From Hyphomicrobiales bacterium (GTDB lineage Bacteria > Pseudomonadota > Alphaproteobacteria > Rhizobiales > JANPGK01), in NCBI GenBank assembly GCA_031423895.1, contig JANPGK010000012.1, positions 73 through 64,072 on the forward strand: a stretch of DNA of 64,000 nucleotides, written 5' to 3'. Position 1 is the stretch's first letter. Each line of letters starts with the position of its first letter. Of this stretch, positions 1 to 9,804 are shown piece by piece. The position numbers and the translations under genes were made by a program. The notes under the pieces were generated by a model, which had not been told where the DNA came from, searched no databases, and was given only the letters and a program-made list of their open reading frames with translations.

Positions 1-734
1 CACGTTATAAGTTAATCATCGAATATGACGGCACGCCCTTCTTCGGCTGGCAAGTGCAAGATGAAGGCCTCACCGTGCAAGGAGAGCTTTCGGTCGCATT
101 GTTCCGCATTACAGGTGAGCGCACCTTGCCCCGCGCCGCTGGCCGCACCGATACAGGCGTACATGCGAAAGCCCAAGTGGTGCATATTGATAGTGCGCGT
201 GAATTTGTGCCCTATCGCCTGCTCACCGCACTCAATGCCCATTTGCGCCCACACCCCATTAGCGTGCTCAGCGTTGAGATTGTGCCCGAAACATTTGATG
301 CCCGCATGTCGTGCACCGCGCGGCATTATGAATATCGCATTTTAAACCGCCGCGCGCCTGCGGTGCTTGAAAAAAACCGCGTATGGCTGATGGGGGCCCC
401 ACTCAATGCCAATGCCATGAAAGAGGGTGCGCAATTTCTGCTGGGCAAGCATGATTTTACCACCTTCCGCGCCAGCCAATGCCAAGCAAAATCCCCGATT
501 CGCACGCTCGATAGCCTGAATGTGCACCGCGATGGCGAGCATATTCACATCACCACACATGCCCGCGCCTTTTTGCATGCACAAGTGCGCTCCATGGTGG
601 GCAGCTTGGTGCAGGTGGGGCTTGGTAAATGGGAACCGATTGACATACAGCGGATATTAGCCGCGCGCGACCGCACACAATGCGGCCAACTCGCCCCACC
701 CTTCGGGCTGTATTTTGTGAAGGCGGAGTATTAG
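1..734 (+). CDS. truA: tRNA pseudouridine(38-40) synthase TruA, 5'-truncated by the window edge
   Basis: The frame stays open from base 3 (..[26 protein letters not shown]..). It carries the catalytic [10 protein letters not shown] motif. The GTG at 54 in the ORF track is internal. Confidence 0.93.
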   Translation, partial: RYKLIIEYDGTPFFGWQVQDEGLTVQGELSVALFRITGERTLPRAAGRTDTGVHAKAQVVHIDSAREFVPYRLLTALNAHLRPHPISVLSVEIVPETFDARMSCTARHYEYRILNRRAPAVLEKNRVWLMGAPLNANAMKEGAQFLLGKHDFTTFRASQCQAKSPIRTLDSLNVHRDGEHIHITTHARAFLHAQVRSMVGSLVQVGLGKWEPIDIQRILAARDRTQCGQLAPPFGLYFVKAEY

Positions 735-738
735 CTTC

Positions 739-775
739 CATCATCCTCAGGCTTGGGCGAGGATCTACTTTTTTC
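739..775 (+). terminator. Hairpin plus T-run after truA; a degenerate single-hairpin copy of the 'GATCCTCGGG' repeat family
   Basis: catcATCCTCaggcttgggcGAGGATctac is followed by tttttt, 5 nt after the truA stop. Its tail (gaggatctactt) matches the repeats at 48152 and 50349. Confidence 0.5.
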
Positions 776-868
776 TATCTCCCCCCTTGCAATCGCACCA
801 ATCAGCGCACATATACCTGTCAAAGCCGCTCGCTAGAGCCAGCAACCCCGAAATTAAAGGAGTATATC

Positions 869-2779
869 ATGGGACGCGTAATTGGAATTGATTTGGGCAC
901 CACAAACTCGTGCGTGGCCATTATGGATGGAAGCACACCAAAAGTGATCGAAAATGCGGAAGGTGCGCGCACCACGCCGTCGATCGTAGCATTTGCCGAT
1001 GGTGGCGAGCGTTTGGTGGGGCAATCAGCCAAGCGCCAAGCTGTCACCAACCCTGAAGGCACATTATTTGCGATCAAACGCTTGATTGGCCGCAGCTATG
1101 ATGACCCATTGACACAAAAAGACAAAGGCCTTGTGCCCTACAAAATCATCAAAGCCAAAAATGGCGATGCATGGGTGGAAGCTGACGGCAAAGATTATTC
1201 GCCATCGCAAGTTTCCGCCTTCACGCTGATGAAAATGAAGGAAACGGCCGAAGCCTATTTGGGGCAAGCCGTGACCCAAGCTGTGATCACCGTGCCGGCC
1301 TATTTCAACGACGCACAGCGCCAAGCCACCAAGGATGCGGGTAAAATCGCAGGGCTGGAAGTGCTGCGCATCATCAACGAGCCAACAGCGGCGGCACTGG
1401 CCTACGGCCTCGACAAAAAACAATCGGGCATCATCGCGGTGTATGATCTTGGCGGTGGTACGTTCGACGTCTCTATTTTAGAAATCGGCGATGGCGTGTT
1501 TGAGGTTAAATCGACCAATGGCGACACCTTCTTGGGCGGTGAAGATTTCGACATGCGCCTTGTGGAATATTTGGCCGATGAGTTCAAAAAAGAGCAAGGC
1601 ATCGACCTGAAAAAGGACAAGCTTGCCCTGCAACGTTTGAAAGAAGCCGCAGAAAAAGCAAAAATTGAGCTGTCATCCGCAGTGCAAACCGACATCAACC
1701 TGCCCTACATCACGGCGGATGCTTCGGGCCCAAAACATTTGGCGCTGAAACTCACACGCGCCAAGTTTGAATCGATTGTGGAAGACTTCATCGCTCGCAC
1801 CATTGAGCCTTGTAAAGCGGCCCTCAAAGATGCGGGCCTTAAAGCCAGCGATATCGACGAAGTGGTGCTGGTGGGCGGCATGACCCGCATGCCCAAAGTG
1901 CAAGAAGCTGTGAAAAACTTCTTTGGCAAAGAGCCCCACAAAGGCGTGAACCCTGATGAAGTGGTGGCTATTGGTGCGGCCATTCAGGCAGGAGTGCTGC
2001 AAGGCGACGTGAAAGACGTATTGCTACTCGATGTCACACCGCTTTCATTGGGAATCGAAACACTCGGTGGCGTGTTCACACGGCTGATCGACCGCAACAC
2101 CACCATCCCCACCAAAAAATCGCAGGTGTTCTCTACAGCGGAAGACAACCAAACTGCTGTCACCATTCGCGTCTTCCAAGGCGAGCGGGAAATGGCGGCC
2201 GATAACAAATCACTCGGCCAGTTCGACCTTGTGGGTGTTGCCCCTGCGCCGCGCGGTATGCCACAAATTGAGGTGACCTTCGACATCGACGCCAATGGCA
2301 TTGTGAATGTTTCGGCCAAAGACAAAGCCACCAACAAAGAGCAAGCCATTCGCATTCAAGCCTCTGGTGGGCTGTCAGATGCCGATATTGAAAAAATGGT
2401 GCAAGAGGCCGCTGCTAACGCCGAATCGGATAAAAAACGCCGCGAATTGGTGGATGCCCGTAACCAAGCGGATGGCATGATTCACGCCACTGAAAAATCG
2501 ATCAGAGACCTTGGCGATAAATGCCCAGAAGCGGAAAAAACTACTGCTGAAGCCGCGATTGAAGACGTGCGCAAAGCCATGGAAGGCGAAGATGTGCAAG
2601 CTATCACCGATGCCTCAAATGCATTGGCACAAGCCAGCATGAAAATTGGTGAGATCCTTTATCAGCAACAGCAATCGGCTGAAACCGCAGCGCCTCAAGA
2701 CGCATCGACACACAAACCAGATGAGAATGTTGTTGACGCCGAGTTTGAAGAAGTGAAAGACGACAAGAAGAAGCATTAA
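869..2779 (+). CDS. dnaK: Chaperone DnaK (Hsp70)
   Basis: [17 protein letters not shown] starts at the ATG at 869 with aaaggag upstream. Hsp70 signatures are present throughout. The ORF-track start at 680 is a spurious extension. Confidence 0.98.
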   Translation: MGRVIGIDLGTTNSCVAIMDGSTPKVIENAEGARTTPSIVAFADGGERLVGQSAKRQAVTNPEGTLFAIKRLIGRSYDDPLTQKDKGLVPYKIIKAKNGDAWVEADGKDYSPSQVSAFTLMKMKETAEAYLGQAVTQAVITVPAYFNDAQRQATKDAGKIAGLEVLRIINEPTAAALAYGLDKKQSGIIAVYDLGGGTFDVSILEIGDGVFEVKSTNGDTFLGGEDFDMRLVEYLADEFKKEQGIDLKKDKLALQRLKEAAEKAKIELSSAVQTDINLPYITADASGPKHLALKLTRAKFESIVEDFIARTIEPCKAALKDAGLKASDIDEVVLVGGMTRMPKVQEAVKNFFGKEPHKGVNPDEVVAIGAAIQAGVLQGDVKDVLLLDVTPLSLGIETLGGVFTRLIDRNTTIPTKKSQVFSTAEDNQTAVTIRVFQGEREMAADNKSLGQFDLVGVAPAPRGMPQIEVTFDIDANGIVNVSAKDKATNKEQAIRIQASGGLSDADIEKMVQEAAANAESDKKRRELVDARNQADGMIHATEKSIRDLGDKCPEAEKTTAEAAIEDVRKAMEGEDVQAITDASNALAQASMKIGEILYQQQQSAETAAPQDASTHKPDENVVDAEFEEVKDDKKKH

Positions 2780-2801
2780 AATATGTGTTTTGCGCCATTT
2801 T

Positions 2802-2920
2802 CCCCTCTCCCCTTGCGGGAGAGGGTGATTTGCGTGGCAAATCGGGTGAGGGGTTTTCTTCTATTCACCCTCATCCGCCCCTAGCGGGGCACCTTCTCCC
2901 ATCAAGGGAAAAGGGAAGTG
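2802..2920 (+). repeat. Triple-hairpin intergenic repeat, family A, copy 1 (dnaK-dnaJ spacer)
   Basis: It contains ccctctcc-ccttgcg-ggagaggg, then gggtgaggg..ccctcatcc, then ccttctccc-atcaa-gggaaaagg, and ends in ggaagtg. The copies at 48785 and 50945 have the same architecture and orientation. Confidence 0.85.
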
Positions 2921-2935
2921 CAGGAAGCAGTATCC

Positions 2936-4090
2936 ATGTCGAAACGCGATTATTATGAAGTGCTTGGTGTCACCAAATCTGCGACCGAGGCAGAATTAAA
3001 GGCGGCATTTCGTAAATTGGCCATGAAATATCACCCCGATAAAAATCAGGGTGACGACACCGCTGAAGCAAAATTTAAAGAAATCAACGAAGCCTATGAA
3101 GTGCTGCGTGATGCCCAAAAACGTGCAGCCTATGACCGTATGGGGCACGCGGCATTTGAAGGTGGCCAAGGTGGTGGCGGCGGTTTTAACCCAGGTGATT
3201 TTGGCTCGATGGCCGATATTTTCGAGGATATTTTCGGCGATGTGTTTGGCGGTGGGCGCGGACGTGCCGGTGGCGGGCAGCGCAGTAATGGGCGCGAACG
3301 CGGTGCAGATTTGCGCTATAATATGGAAATATCGCTCGATGAAGCCTTCAAAGGTAAAGCTGCACAAGTGCGTGTGCCCAAAGCAGTTTCATGCGGCACA
3401 TGTTCAGGCAGCGGCGCAACCCCTGGTACAGGCGTAAAAAAATGCGGCACCTGCGGCGGGGCAGGGCAAATTCGCGCGCAGCAAGGCTTTTTCACCATTC
3501 AACGAACCTGCCACACATGCCAAGGCCGTGGCGAAATCATTGAAAACCCATGCAAAACCTGCTCTGGCCAAGGCCGTGTGATGCAAGAGCGCACACTTAG
3601 CGTCAATGTGCCTGCTGGCGTTGAAGACGGCACCCGCATTCGTTTGGGCGGCGAGGGCGAGGCAGGCACGCGCGGTGGCCCATCGGGCGATCTGTATATT
3701 TTCATCTCTGTGGCGCCACATGAATTTTATCAACGCGATGGCGCAGATATTTATTGCCGAGTGCCCATATCGATGACAACCGCAGCGCTTGGCGGCCATT
3801 TTGAAGTCCCCACGCTGGATGGCAGCACAGCGCGCGTGCCCATTCCAGAAGGCACACAAACTGGCAAGCAATTCCGCCTGCGTGGCAAGGGCATGCCCCA
3901 TATGCGCGGCAATCAATTCGGCGATTTATATGTACAAACCGTGGTGGAAACGCCGCGCAATTTGAATAAAAAACAAAAGGAATTGCTCGAAGAATTCCAA
4001 AAATCCTATCACCCCGCCACTGAAAATGCGCGAGCAGATGAACCTGGATTTTTTAAGAAGATGAAAGAGTTTTTTGATGGGATGGGGTAA
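2936..4090 (+). CDS. dnaJ: Co-chaperone DnaJ
   Basis: [18 protein letters not shown] is the J domain, followed by a G/F-rich region and four CxxCxGxG zinc motifs. An aggaag Shine-Dalgarno sequence lies 8 nt upstream of the ATG at 2936. Confidence 0.97.
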   Translation: MSKRDYYEVLGVTKSATEAELKAAFRKLAMKYHPDKNQGDDTAEAKFKEINEAYEVLRDAQKRAAYDRMGHAAFEGGQGGGGGFNPGDFGSMADIFEDIFGDVFGGGRGRAGGGQRSNGRERGADLRYNMEISLDEAFKGKAAQVRVPKAVSCGTCSGSGATPGTGVKKCGTCGGAGQIRAQQGFFTIQRTCHTCQGRGEIIENPCKTCSGQGRVMQERTLSVNVPAGVEDGTRIRLGGEGEAGTRGGPSGDLYIFISVAPHEFYQRDGADIYCRVPISMTTAALGGHFEVPTLDGSTARVPIPEGTQTGKQFRLRGKGMPHMRGNQFGDLYVQTVVETPRNLNKKQKELLEEFQKSYHPATENARADEPGFFKKMKEFFDGMG

Positions 4091-4231
4091 TATACCCTTA
4101 GATATTCAAAACTTTGCAAGCTCACGCACCAAGCTTTGGGTATACACCCCACCACATTAACCCTATTCGCGCGTTTGACTTGAACTTGGTTAAAATTTCG
4201 TCAATAGTCGTTTCATTCATGAGGTTGCCCC

Positions 4232-4834
4232 ATGCCGCACACCAGCTCTGCAATTAAACGCCCTGCTCGCGCGATAATTCAAGATCAAATTCAATTTTTA
4301 AAATCATGGGCTAGCAATCCTTTGCGTACGGGTGCCATTGCGCCATCTGGCCGCGCTTTGGCAGCGGCGCTTGCAGCAGCGGTGGATGTAGAAATGGAGG
4401 GCCCAATTGTGGAATTGGGGCCCGGCACAGGTGTTGTGACAGCAGCACTTTTGGCACGCGGCATTGCACCCGAGCGGATTTATGCCATTGAATATAACCC
4501 TGAATTTTGCGCCATGCTACGCAAACGCTTTCCGCTCGTGAATATCATTCAGGGCGATGCTTATGATATTGAAAACACGCTGGCGCCGCATATTCAGCAA
4601 CCGCTAGCCGCTGTGATCTCCAGCCTGCCATTGTTCACGCAAGCCGTGCCATTGCGTGTGGGTTTGCTCAAAACCGCATTCGCCATGATGCAAAAAGGTG
4701 CGCCTTTCATTCAATTCTCATATGCTGCCGTGCCTGCATTCCCTGCATCCGAAGTGAACTATGTGGCCAGCACCAGCCCATGGATTTTGCGCAATCTCCC
4801 GCCAGCACGGGTGTGGTCATATCGAGCGGGATAA
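4232..4834 (+). CDS. Class I SAM-dependent methyltransferase (small phospholipid/rRNA N-methyltransferase-like family)
   Basis: VELGPGTGVVTAALLARG is a glycine-rich SAM motif I. The N-terminal ..NPLRTGAIAPSGRALAAAL is typical of this roughly 200-aa family. The substrate is unknown. Confidence 0.75.
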   Translation: MPHTSSAIKRPARAIIQDQIQFLKSWASNPLRTGAIAPSGRALAAALAAAVDVEMEGPIVELGPGTGVVTAALLARGIAPERIYAIEYNPEFCAMLRKRFPLVNIIQGDAYDIENTLAPHIQQPLAAVISSLPLFTQAVPLRVGLLKTAFAMMQKGAPFIQFSYAAVPAFPASEVNYVASTSPWILRNLPPARVWSYRAG

Positions 4835-4839
4835 GAAAT

Positions 4840-6198
4840 TCACTTCACGTAATCATACAGATCCAGCAGCTCGATCTCTTTTTTACCTTTTGCCAATTTA
4901 TCGAAATAGGCGGCGCCATTGGCATTCAGTCGATCCACTAAACCCCAAGATAATAAATTCTTAGACGACCGATACCCTTCTGAGTCTTTTGCAAGCCTGT
5001 TCAGTTTTCTGTCCTTAAAAACGCTGGCTTTATAAAGCGCAATAAATTCTGCTTTATCAATCGTGCCGCCGATATCACGATCTAATGCATTGTATTGTAA
5101 AGTCTCCAATCGCAGAATTTTATTCGCTTTCAAATCGAAAAATGTCGATTTAATGTCAGCAATTTTCTGCTGCACAAATCCTGTTGCAATATTGGCATTC
5201 GCAAATTTTTGAATGTTCACATTACCATTAGAATCTTTTGCTGGCCCAAACGTCCGCTGCAAAATTTGCTCCTTAATCGTCCCACTGGGGATAAAGGCGC
5301 CAATCTCAGTTGATGGCGTATATTTAGCCCCTTTAATAGATCCAAAATCATACGCATTTCTTTGCTCTAGTAGGTTTAATACGCCATCCCCATCATCAAA
5401 ATCTTTAAATACACGTTTTTCTTTGCCACTCAGCGCGCTTAAATCTAATTCTACAAGCGACGATAAGAATGATTTTTTAGCTTTTATTTCGCCTGTGTCG
5501 TTATCAAAGGAAAACGCAACGCCCATTTCTTGCGGGGTAATACCCTTTTCGCCATCAATTGCTGCTAATTTTCGCACAAATGAAGCAATTTTGCGATATG
5601 GAACGCCAAGCGCTTTCGCATCATTGAGGGTTAAATCGGGCGTTAACTTGCCATTTTTAAATTTGATATGGTCATCCAGATCCGCTTTTTGCAGGCCAAT
5701 TGTCATTTGCGTTTCAAGGGGTAACGACTGCCCTTTTTTAAGTTTTGGTCGGTGTGCACTCTTCAAAATCTCATTCGCATTTGCATCCGCATTTTTGAGT
5801 TCTTCGCACTTTACAGGCGTGAGAATATTAGCAATTTGCGGGGCGTTCATATCTAAATATGACACCATCTCACCTTCGCTATTTTTAGCGTTGACCCATT
5901 TCACAGTGCTTTTCAATTTATCCATGACTTTATTATAGCCATCAATCATACTCGCGCGTTTGGCATCATATTGTTCACGATCATATGCACGTGAGGATAA
6001 CAAATCTTTTGGGTACATTTTTAAGTAGGTATAAACTATTTTGCGGTCAGATTCAGTACCAACTGTAATCAGCCCTTGATTGATAGCATTCTCAAATTCA
6101 GATTCATCAATTTTGTTATCTGCAACACGAGAATTGGCAATTTGGTTATAAAGTTTTTTTTGCTCTTCTGTAAGGTTTGGAACGTTATTAAATGACAT
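4840..6198 (-). CDS. AT-rich orphan protein, 452 aa, with one canonical EF-hand loop near the C-terminus
   Basis: This is a long ORF with K/D/E/N-rich composition and ggag 9 nt upstream of the ATG. I saw no signal peptide or TM helix. The loop DRDIGGTIDKAEF fits D-x-D-x-G-G-x-I-x-x-x-E. Confidence 0.8.
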   Translation of the reverse strand: MSFNNVPNLTEEQKKLYNQIANSRVADNKIDESEFENAINQGLITVGTESDRKIVYTYLKMYPKDLLSSRAYDREQYDAKRASMIDGYNKVMDKLKSTVKWVNAKNSEGEMVSYLDMNAPQIANILTPVKCEELKNADANANEILKSAHRPKLKKGQSLPLETQMTIGLQKADLDDHIKFKNGKLTPDLTLNDAKALGVPYRKIASFVRKLAAIDGEKGITPQEMGVAFSFDNDTGEIKAKKSFLSSLVELDLSALSGKEKRVFKDFDDGDGVLNLLEQRNAYDFGSIKGAKYTPSTEIGAFIPSGTIKEQILQRTFGPAKDSNGNVNIQKFANANIATGFVQQKIADIKSTFFDLKANKILRLETLQYNALDRDIGGTIDKAEFIALYKASVFKDRKLNRLAKDSEGYRSSKNLLSWGLVDRLNANGAAYFDKLAKGKKEIELLDLYDYVK

Positions 6199-6414
6199 TT
6201 TTCATACTCCACATATTTATAATGTCGCGTTTATACCATATACTCACACACATCACAAACTAAAATCACATTATACTTTAGTTTCACCATCATGGGAGGG
6301 GCACTATATGCACGATAAAAAATCATCATTCCTTGTAATTAACACGTGACAAACACTCGGAAATCGCTTATAGCCAGCGCTTCATAGTAAAGAATAGCGA
6401 GAATAGAGGCTAAA

Positions 6415-6810
6415 ATGAACCTCCTACGTCAATTAGAAATCGAACAAGAAGACGCTTTGTTGGCAAAGCGCGCCATCCCTGAATTTGGCCCTGGCGACAC
6501 TGTACGTGTCAACGTAAAAGTGATCGAAGGCGAACGCACCCGTGTGCAGGCCTATGAAGGCGTATGTATTGCGCGTTCCGGCCGTGGAATCAACGAAAGC
6601 TTCAACATCCGTAAAATCTCATATGGTGAAGGCGTTGAACGCGTATTCCCAATCTACAGCCCACTCATTGAAAGCATTGATGTGGTGCGTCGCGGTAAAG
6701 TGCGCCGTGCAAAACTTTATTATTTGCGCTCACGTCGTGGGAAAGCCGCACGTATTGTTGAAAAACAAGACTTCAACAGAGTGTCGAAAAAAGACGCTGC
6801 AAACGCGTAA
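6415..6810 (+). CDS. rplS: 50S ribosomal protein L19
   Basis: [57 protein letters not shown] is the typical L19 core. Confidence 0.96.
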   Translation: MNLLRQLEIEQEDALLAKRAIPEFGPGDTVRVNVKVIEGERTRVQAYEGVCIARSGRGINESFNIRKISYGEGVERVFPIYSPLIESIDVVRRGKVRRAKLYYLRSRRGKAARIVEKQDFNRVSKKDAANA

Positions 6811-6838
6811 TGAGTTTGCGCCTTGATTAAGTCTTTCG

Positions 6839-6864
6839 AAAACCGCGCATAAAGCGCGGTTTTT
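6839..6864 (+). terminator. Rho-independent terminator of rplS
   Basis: aaaaCCGCGCataaaGCGCGGttttt has a 6-bp GC stem extended by A/T pairs, followed by a T-run. Confidence 0.7.
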
Positions 6865-6897
6865 ACATGAAAACCACCACAGAAAAGAAATATCAAA

Positions 6898-8718
6898 ATG
6901 AGCCTCCGCAATATCGCTATCATCGCCCACGTTGACCATGGCAAAACCACTTTGGTGGATAAACTTTTGCAAGCCTCTGGCACCTATCGTGACAATCAAC
7001 GCGTGCAAGAACGCGCCATGGATTCCAACGATTTGGAAAAAGAGCGCGGCATCACCATTTTGGCGAAAGTGACCTCGGTGCCATGGGAAGACCATCGCAT
7101 TAATATTGTGGATACTCCTGGCCACGCCGATTTTGGTGGTGAAGTTGAGCGTATTTTGAATATGGTGGATGGCGCGATTATTTTGGTGGATGCCTCTGAA
7201 GGCCCAATGCCACAAACAAAATTTGTGCTATCAAAAGCATTGCGTTTGGGCTTGAAGCCAATTGTTGCGATCAACAAAATCGACAAGCAAGATGAGCGGC
7301 ACATTGAAGTGCTCAACGAGATTTTCGACCTCTTCGTAGCGCTTGATGCCACTGAAGAACAGCTTGATTTCCCCATTCTTTATGGATCTGCCAAACAAGG
7401 CTGGATGTCCGATAAGCCAGAAGGCCCAAAAGATAGCATGAAGCCATTGTTCGATTTGGTGATGAGCCATGTGCCAGCGCCAACGGTAGAAGAAGGTCCA
7501 TTCCGCTTGCTTGCCACTACACTTGAGGCCAACCCATATCTAGGCCGCGTGCTCACTGGCCGCATCACATCTGGCAGCGTGAAGCCAAACCAAAACATTA
7601 AAGTGATTGGTGTGGACGGCAAAACAGTTGAAACTTGCCGCATTTCCAAAGTGCTTTCGTTCCGTGGCCTAGAGCGCGTGCCTGTTGAGCAAGCCGATGC
7701 AGGCGATATTGTGGCGCTTTCAGGCATTACAATTGGCACTGTGGCCGATACAATTTGTGACCCATTGGTGATGGAAGGCATTAAAGCCCAACCGATTGAC
7801 CCGCCAACATTGGCGATGAACTTCCGCGTGAATGATTCCCCATTGGCGGGCACTGAAGGCGACAAAGTAACCTCGCGCATGATCCGCGACCGCCTGTTCC
7901 GCGAAGCCGAAGGCAATGTGGCGCTGCAAATCACCGAAAGTGCGGATAAAGACAGTTTTGAAGTGGCAGGGCGCGGCGAATTGCAAATGGCTGTGTTGAT
8001 TGAAACCATGCGCCGCGAAGGCTTCGAGCTTTCTATTGCCCGCCCGCAAGTGGTGTTCAAAAAAGACGAAAACGGCACAGTAACAGAACCCATTGAAGAA
8101 TGCGTAGTCGACGTTGACGATGAATATTCAGGCGTTGTGGTGCAAAAACTTTCCGAACGCCGTGGTGATATGATCGATATGCGCCCATCTGGTGGTGGCC
8201 GCACGCGTTTATTGTTCCATGTACCAACGCGCGGTTTGCTGGGCTATCAGTCTGAATTAATGTCCGACACACGCGGCTCTGCAATTTTCAACCGCCTTTA
8301 TCATGGCTATGCGCCCTATAAAGGGGATATTGCTGGCCGCCGCAATGGTGTGTTGCTCTCAACCGATGATGGCGAAGCTGTTGCCTACGCCATTTGGAAC
8401 TTGGAAGATCGTGGGCAAATGATGATTTCGCCAGGCGACAAAGTCTATAAAGGCATGATTGTTGGTGAACATAACCGCGACAATGATTTAGAGATCAACG
8501 TGCTTAAAGGCAAGCAGCTCACTAACGTGCGCGCCTCTGGTAAGGATGAAGCCGTGCGCCTCACCACACCCATGCAAATGCCAATGGAAAAAGCATTAAC
8601 TTATGTGCAAGATGATGAATTGGTGGAAATTACGCCAAAATCTATTCGCCTTCGTAAGCGTTTTCTTGATGCTAATGAGCGCAAACGTATGGAAAAACAA
8701 CGCGTTGCAATGGGGTAA
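6898..8718 (+). CDS. typA: Translational GTPase TypA/BipA
   Basis: NIAIIAHVDHGKTTLVD, DTPGHADF and NKID are the GTPase motifs. The protein is 606 aa with EF-G-like domain order. Confidence 0.96.
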   Translation: MSLRNIAIIAHVDHGKTTLVDKLLQASGTYRDNQRVQERAMDSNDLEKERGITILAKVTSVPWEDHRINIVDTPGHADFGGEVERILNMVDGAIILVDASEGPMPQTKFVLSKALRLGLKPIVAINKIDKQDERHIEVLNEIFDLFVALDATEEQLDFPILYGSAKQGWMSDKPEGPKDSMKPLFDLVMSHVPAPTVEEGPFRLLATTLEANPYLGRVLTGRITSGSVKPNQNIKVIGVDGKTVETCRISKVLSFRGLERVPVEQADAGDIVALSGITIGTVADTICDPLVMEGIKAQPIDPPTLAMNFRVNDSPLAGTEGDKVTSRMIRDRLFREAEGNVALQITESADKDSFEVAGRGELQMAVLIETMRREGFELSIARPQVVFKKDENGTVTEPIEECVVDVDDEYSGVVVQKLSERRGDMIDMRPSGGGRTRLLFHVPTRGLLGYQSELMSDTRGSAIFNRLYHGYAPYKGDIAGRRNGVLLSTDDGEAVAYAIWNLEDRGQMMISPGDKVYKGMIVGEHNRDNDLEINVLKGKQLTNVRASGKDEAVRLTTPMQMPMEKALTYVQDDELVEITPKSIRLRKRFLDANERKRMEKQRVAMG

Positions 8719-8722
8719 ACTC

Positions 8723-8783
8723 GTGACATCATCCCGCGCACGATGCAGCACAAAGTGGTGCTTCGCTGATGCGGGATGACATG
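8723..8783. repeat. Nested hairpin downstream of typA
   Basis: gtgacaTCATCCCGC ...(inner agcac/gtgct hairpin)... GCGGGATGAcat has a 9-bp outer stem. The 'gacatcatccc' terminus resembles the GTCATCC-type repeats elsewhere in the window. Confidence 0.45.
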
Positions 8784-8909
8784 CTATTTGGCCTAAGCCC
8801 CGTGTTAGCACAGCGTCGTTACATGCCGCAGTGCACATGGGGTGCGAGCACTATAAAACCTCAATTTCCCCCCTACCCATGTGCCGCAAAATCCTCTATG
8901 CACTTGGGC

Positions 8910-9068
8910 ATGGATATTGAAACCAATTCAGCACACAAAACGCCAGCCCCTGAGCAGATTGCGCAACAGCGTAAGCGTGATCGGTTAAAGGAAGCCCTGC
9001 GCGCCAATTTGCAGCGCCGCAAAGCACAAGTGCGCGAGAAAAAAGAGATTTTGATAAAAGATGAGTAA
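8910..9068 (+). CDS. Possible small basic protein (52 aa)
   Basis: MDIETNSAHKTPAPEQIAQQRKRDRLKEALRANLQRRKAQVREKKEILIKDE is a charged helical peptide. I found no clear RBS. The longer ORF from 8769 looks non-coding upstream. Confidence 0.35.
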   Translation: MDIETNSAHKTPAPEQIAQQRKRDRLKEALRANLQRRKAQVREKKEILIKDE

Positions 9069-9179
9069 CATTCCTGTTATCAAGCGTCTTTAGGTGTTGA
9101 AATTATTTTAAGAATAATGTTTCTTCTTTTCATACAAACAATACCGTTTGTACCAAAATTTCTATTTAGGAACCTAACA

Positions 9180-9674
9180 ATGAAAAAAATCCTTGTGCTT
9201 GCAGCCTTGGCTGGTGCTGTTCTTGTTTCCCCTTCTATCGCTCAAGAAAAAAACATGGACATGGTCAAAAAATGGTATGAAGGTGTTTTCCAGAAACAAG
9301 ATACTGCAAATGAAGGCTTTATCTCAAGAGACGCCTACATGGTGATGTCTACAGCTGAATTTCTTAAAATGGATACAAACAAAGACGGAAAAATCTCAAA
9401 AACTGAGTATATGAGTTCAAAAGTATCTGGTTTTTCTGATGTACCAACTCAATCCAAAGAAAAATCCATGGGAATGGCAAAAAAATGGTATGAAGGTGTT
9501 TTCCAGAAACAAGACACTGCAAATGAAGGCTTTATCTCAAGAGACGCCTACATGGTGATGTCCACAGCTGAATTTCTTAAAATGGATAAAAATAAAGACG
9601 GAAAAATCTCAAAAGTTGAGTACATAGACACCAGCTTAGATGGCTATTCACAAATGGTAAATCAAGGCAACTAA
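9180..9674 (+). CDS. Secreted/periplasmic EF-hand calcium-binding protein (two duplicated EF-hand pairs)
   Basis: MKKILVLAALAGAVLVSPSIAQE is a signal peptide. There are two copies of ..QDTANEGFISRDAY..MDTNKDGKISKTEY (canonical D-x-N-x-D-G-x-I-x-x-x-E loop). agga lies upstream of the ATG at 9180. Confidence 0.85.
   Translation: MKKILVLAALAGAVLVSPSIAQEKNMDMVKKWYEGVFQKQDTANEGFISRDAYMVMSTAEFLKMDTNKDGKISKTEYMSSKVSGFSDVPTQSKEKSMGMAKKWYEGVFQKQDTANEGFISRDAYMVMSTAEFLKMDKNKDGKISKVEYIDTSLDGYSQMVNQGN
9261..9623 (+). repeat. Internal tandem duplication (150-nt units at 9261-9410 and 9474-9623, period 213 nt)
   Basis: By my count the two 150-nt units differ at 9 positions, giving 3 amino-acid changes. 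Confidence 0.9.
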
Positions 9675-9698
9675 GTCCTTATTTTAGAACATGAAATT

Positions 9699-9730
9699 AG
9701 CTGCTTCATTTATATGAGGCAGCTTTTTTA
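9699..9730 (+). terminator. Rho-independent terminator of the EF-hand gene
   Basis: AGCTGCTTCA-tttata-TGAGGCAGCT is a 10-bp stem with one G-U pair, followed by tttttt. Confidence 0.75.
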
Positions 9731-9804
9731 TAGAGTATAAAACTAATGTATTTTCATAATGAACAATGATATGTGTGTGCTCACATCAACAGATTGAGCT
9801 TACA

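Noticed and set aside
680-868. N-terminal extensions in the ORF track: dnaK from 680, dnaJ from 2918, murA from 9766, the SBP from 26902, cdnL from 28882, ubiG from 49547, the peroxiredoxin from 51081, and the EF-hand protein from 9117.
   Set aside because: In each case the conserved protein N-terminus begins at an internal ATG with a Shine-Dalgarno sequence. The upstream parts read through intergenic repeats or through the opposite strand of neighbouring genes.
7380-8204. Long antisense ORFs inside conserved genes, for example 7380-8204 (typA), 43865-44710 (ftsH), 61594-62658 and 63133-63918 (sdhBA), 53493-54245 (gltB), 34066-34809 (gdh) and 5213-5938.
   Set aside because: All lie opposite strongly recognisable genes. 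Their Ser/Arg/Pro/Cys/His-rich composition is typical of antisense reading of coding DNA. They lack RBSs and recognisable motifs.
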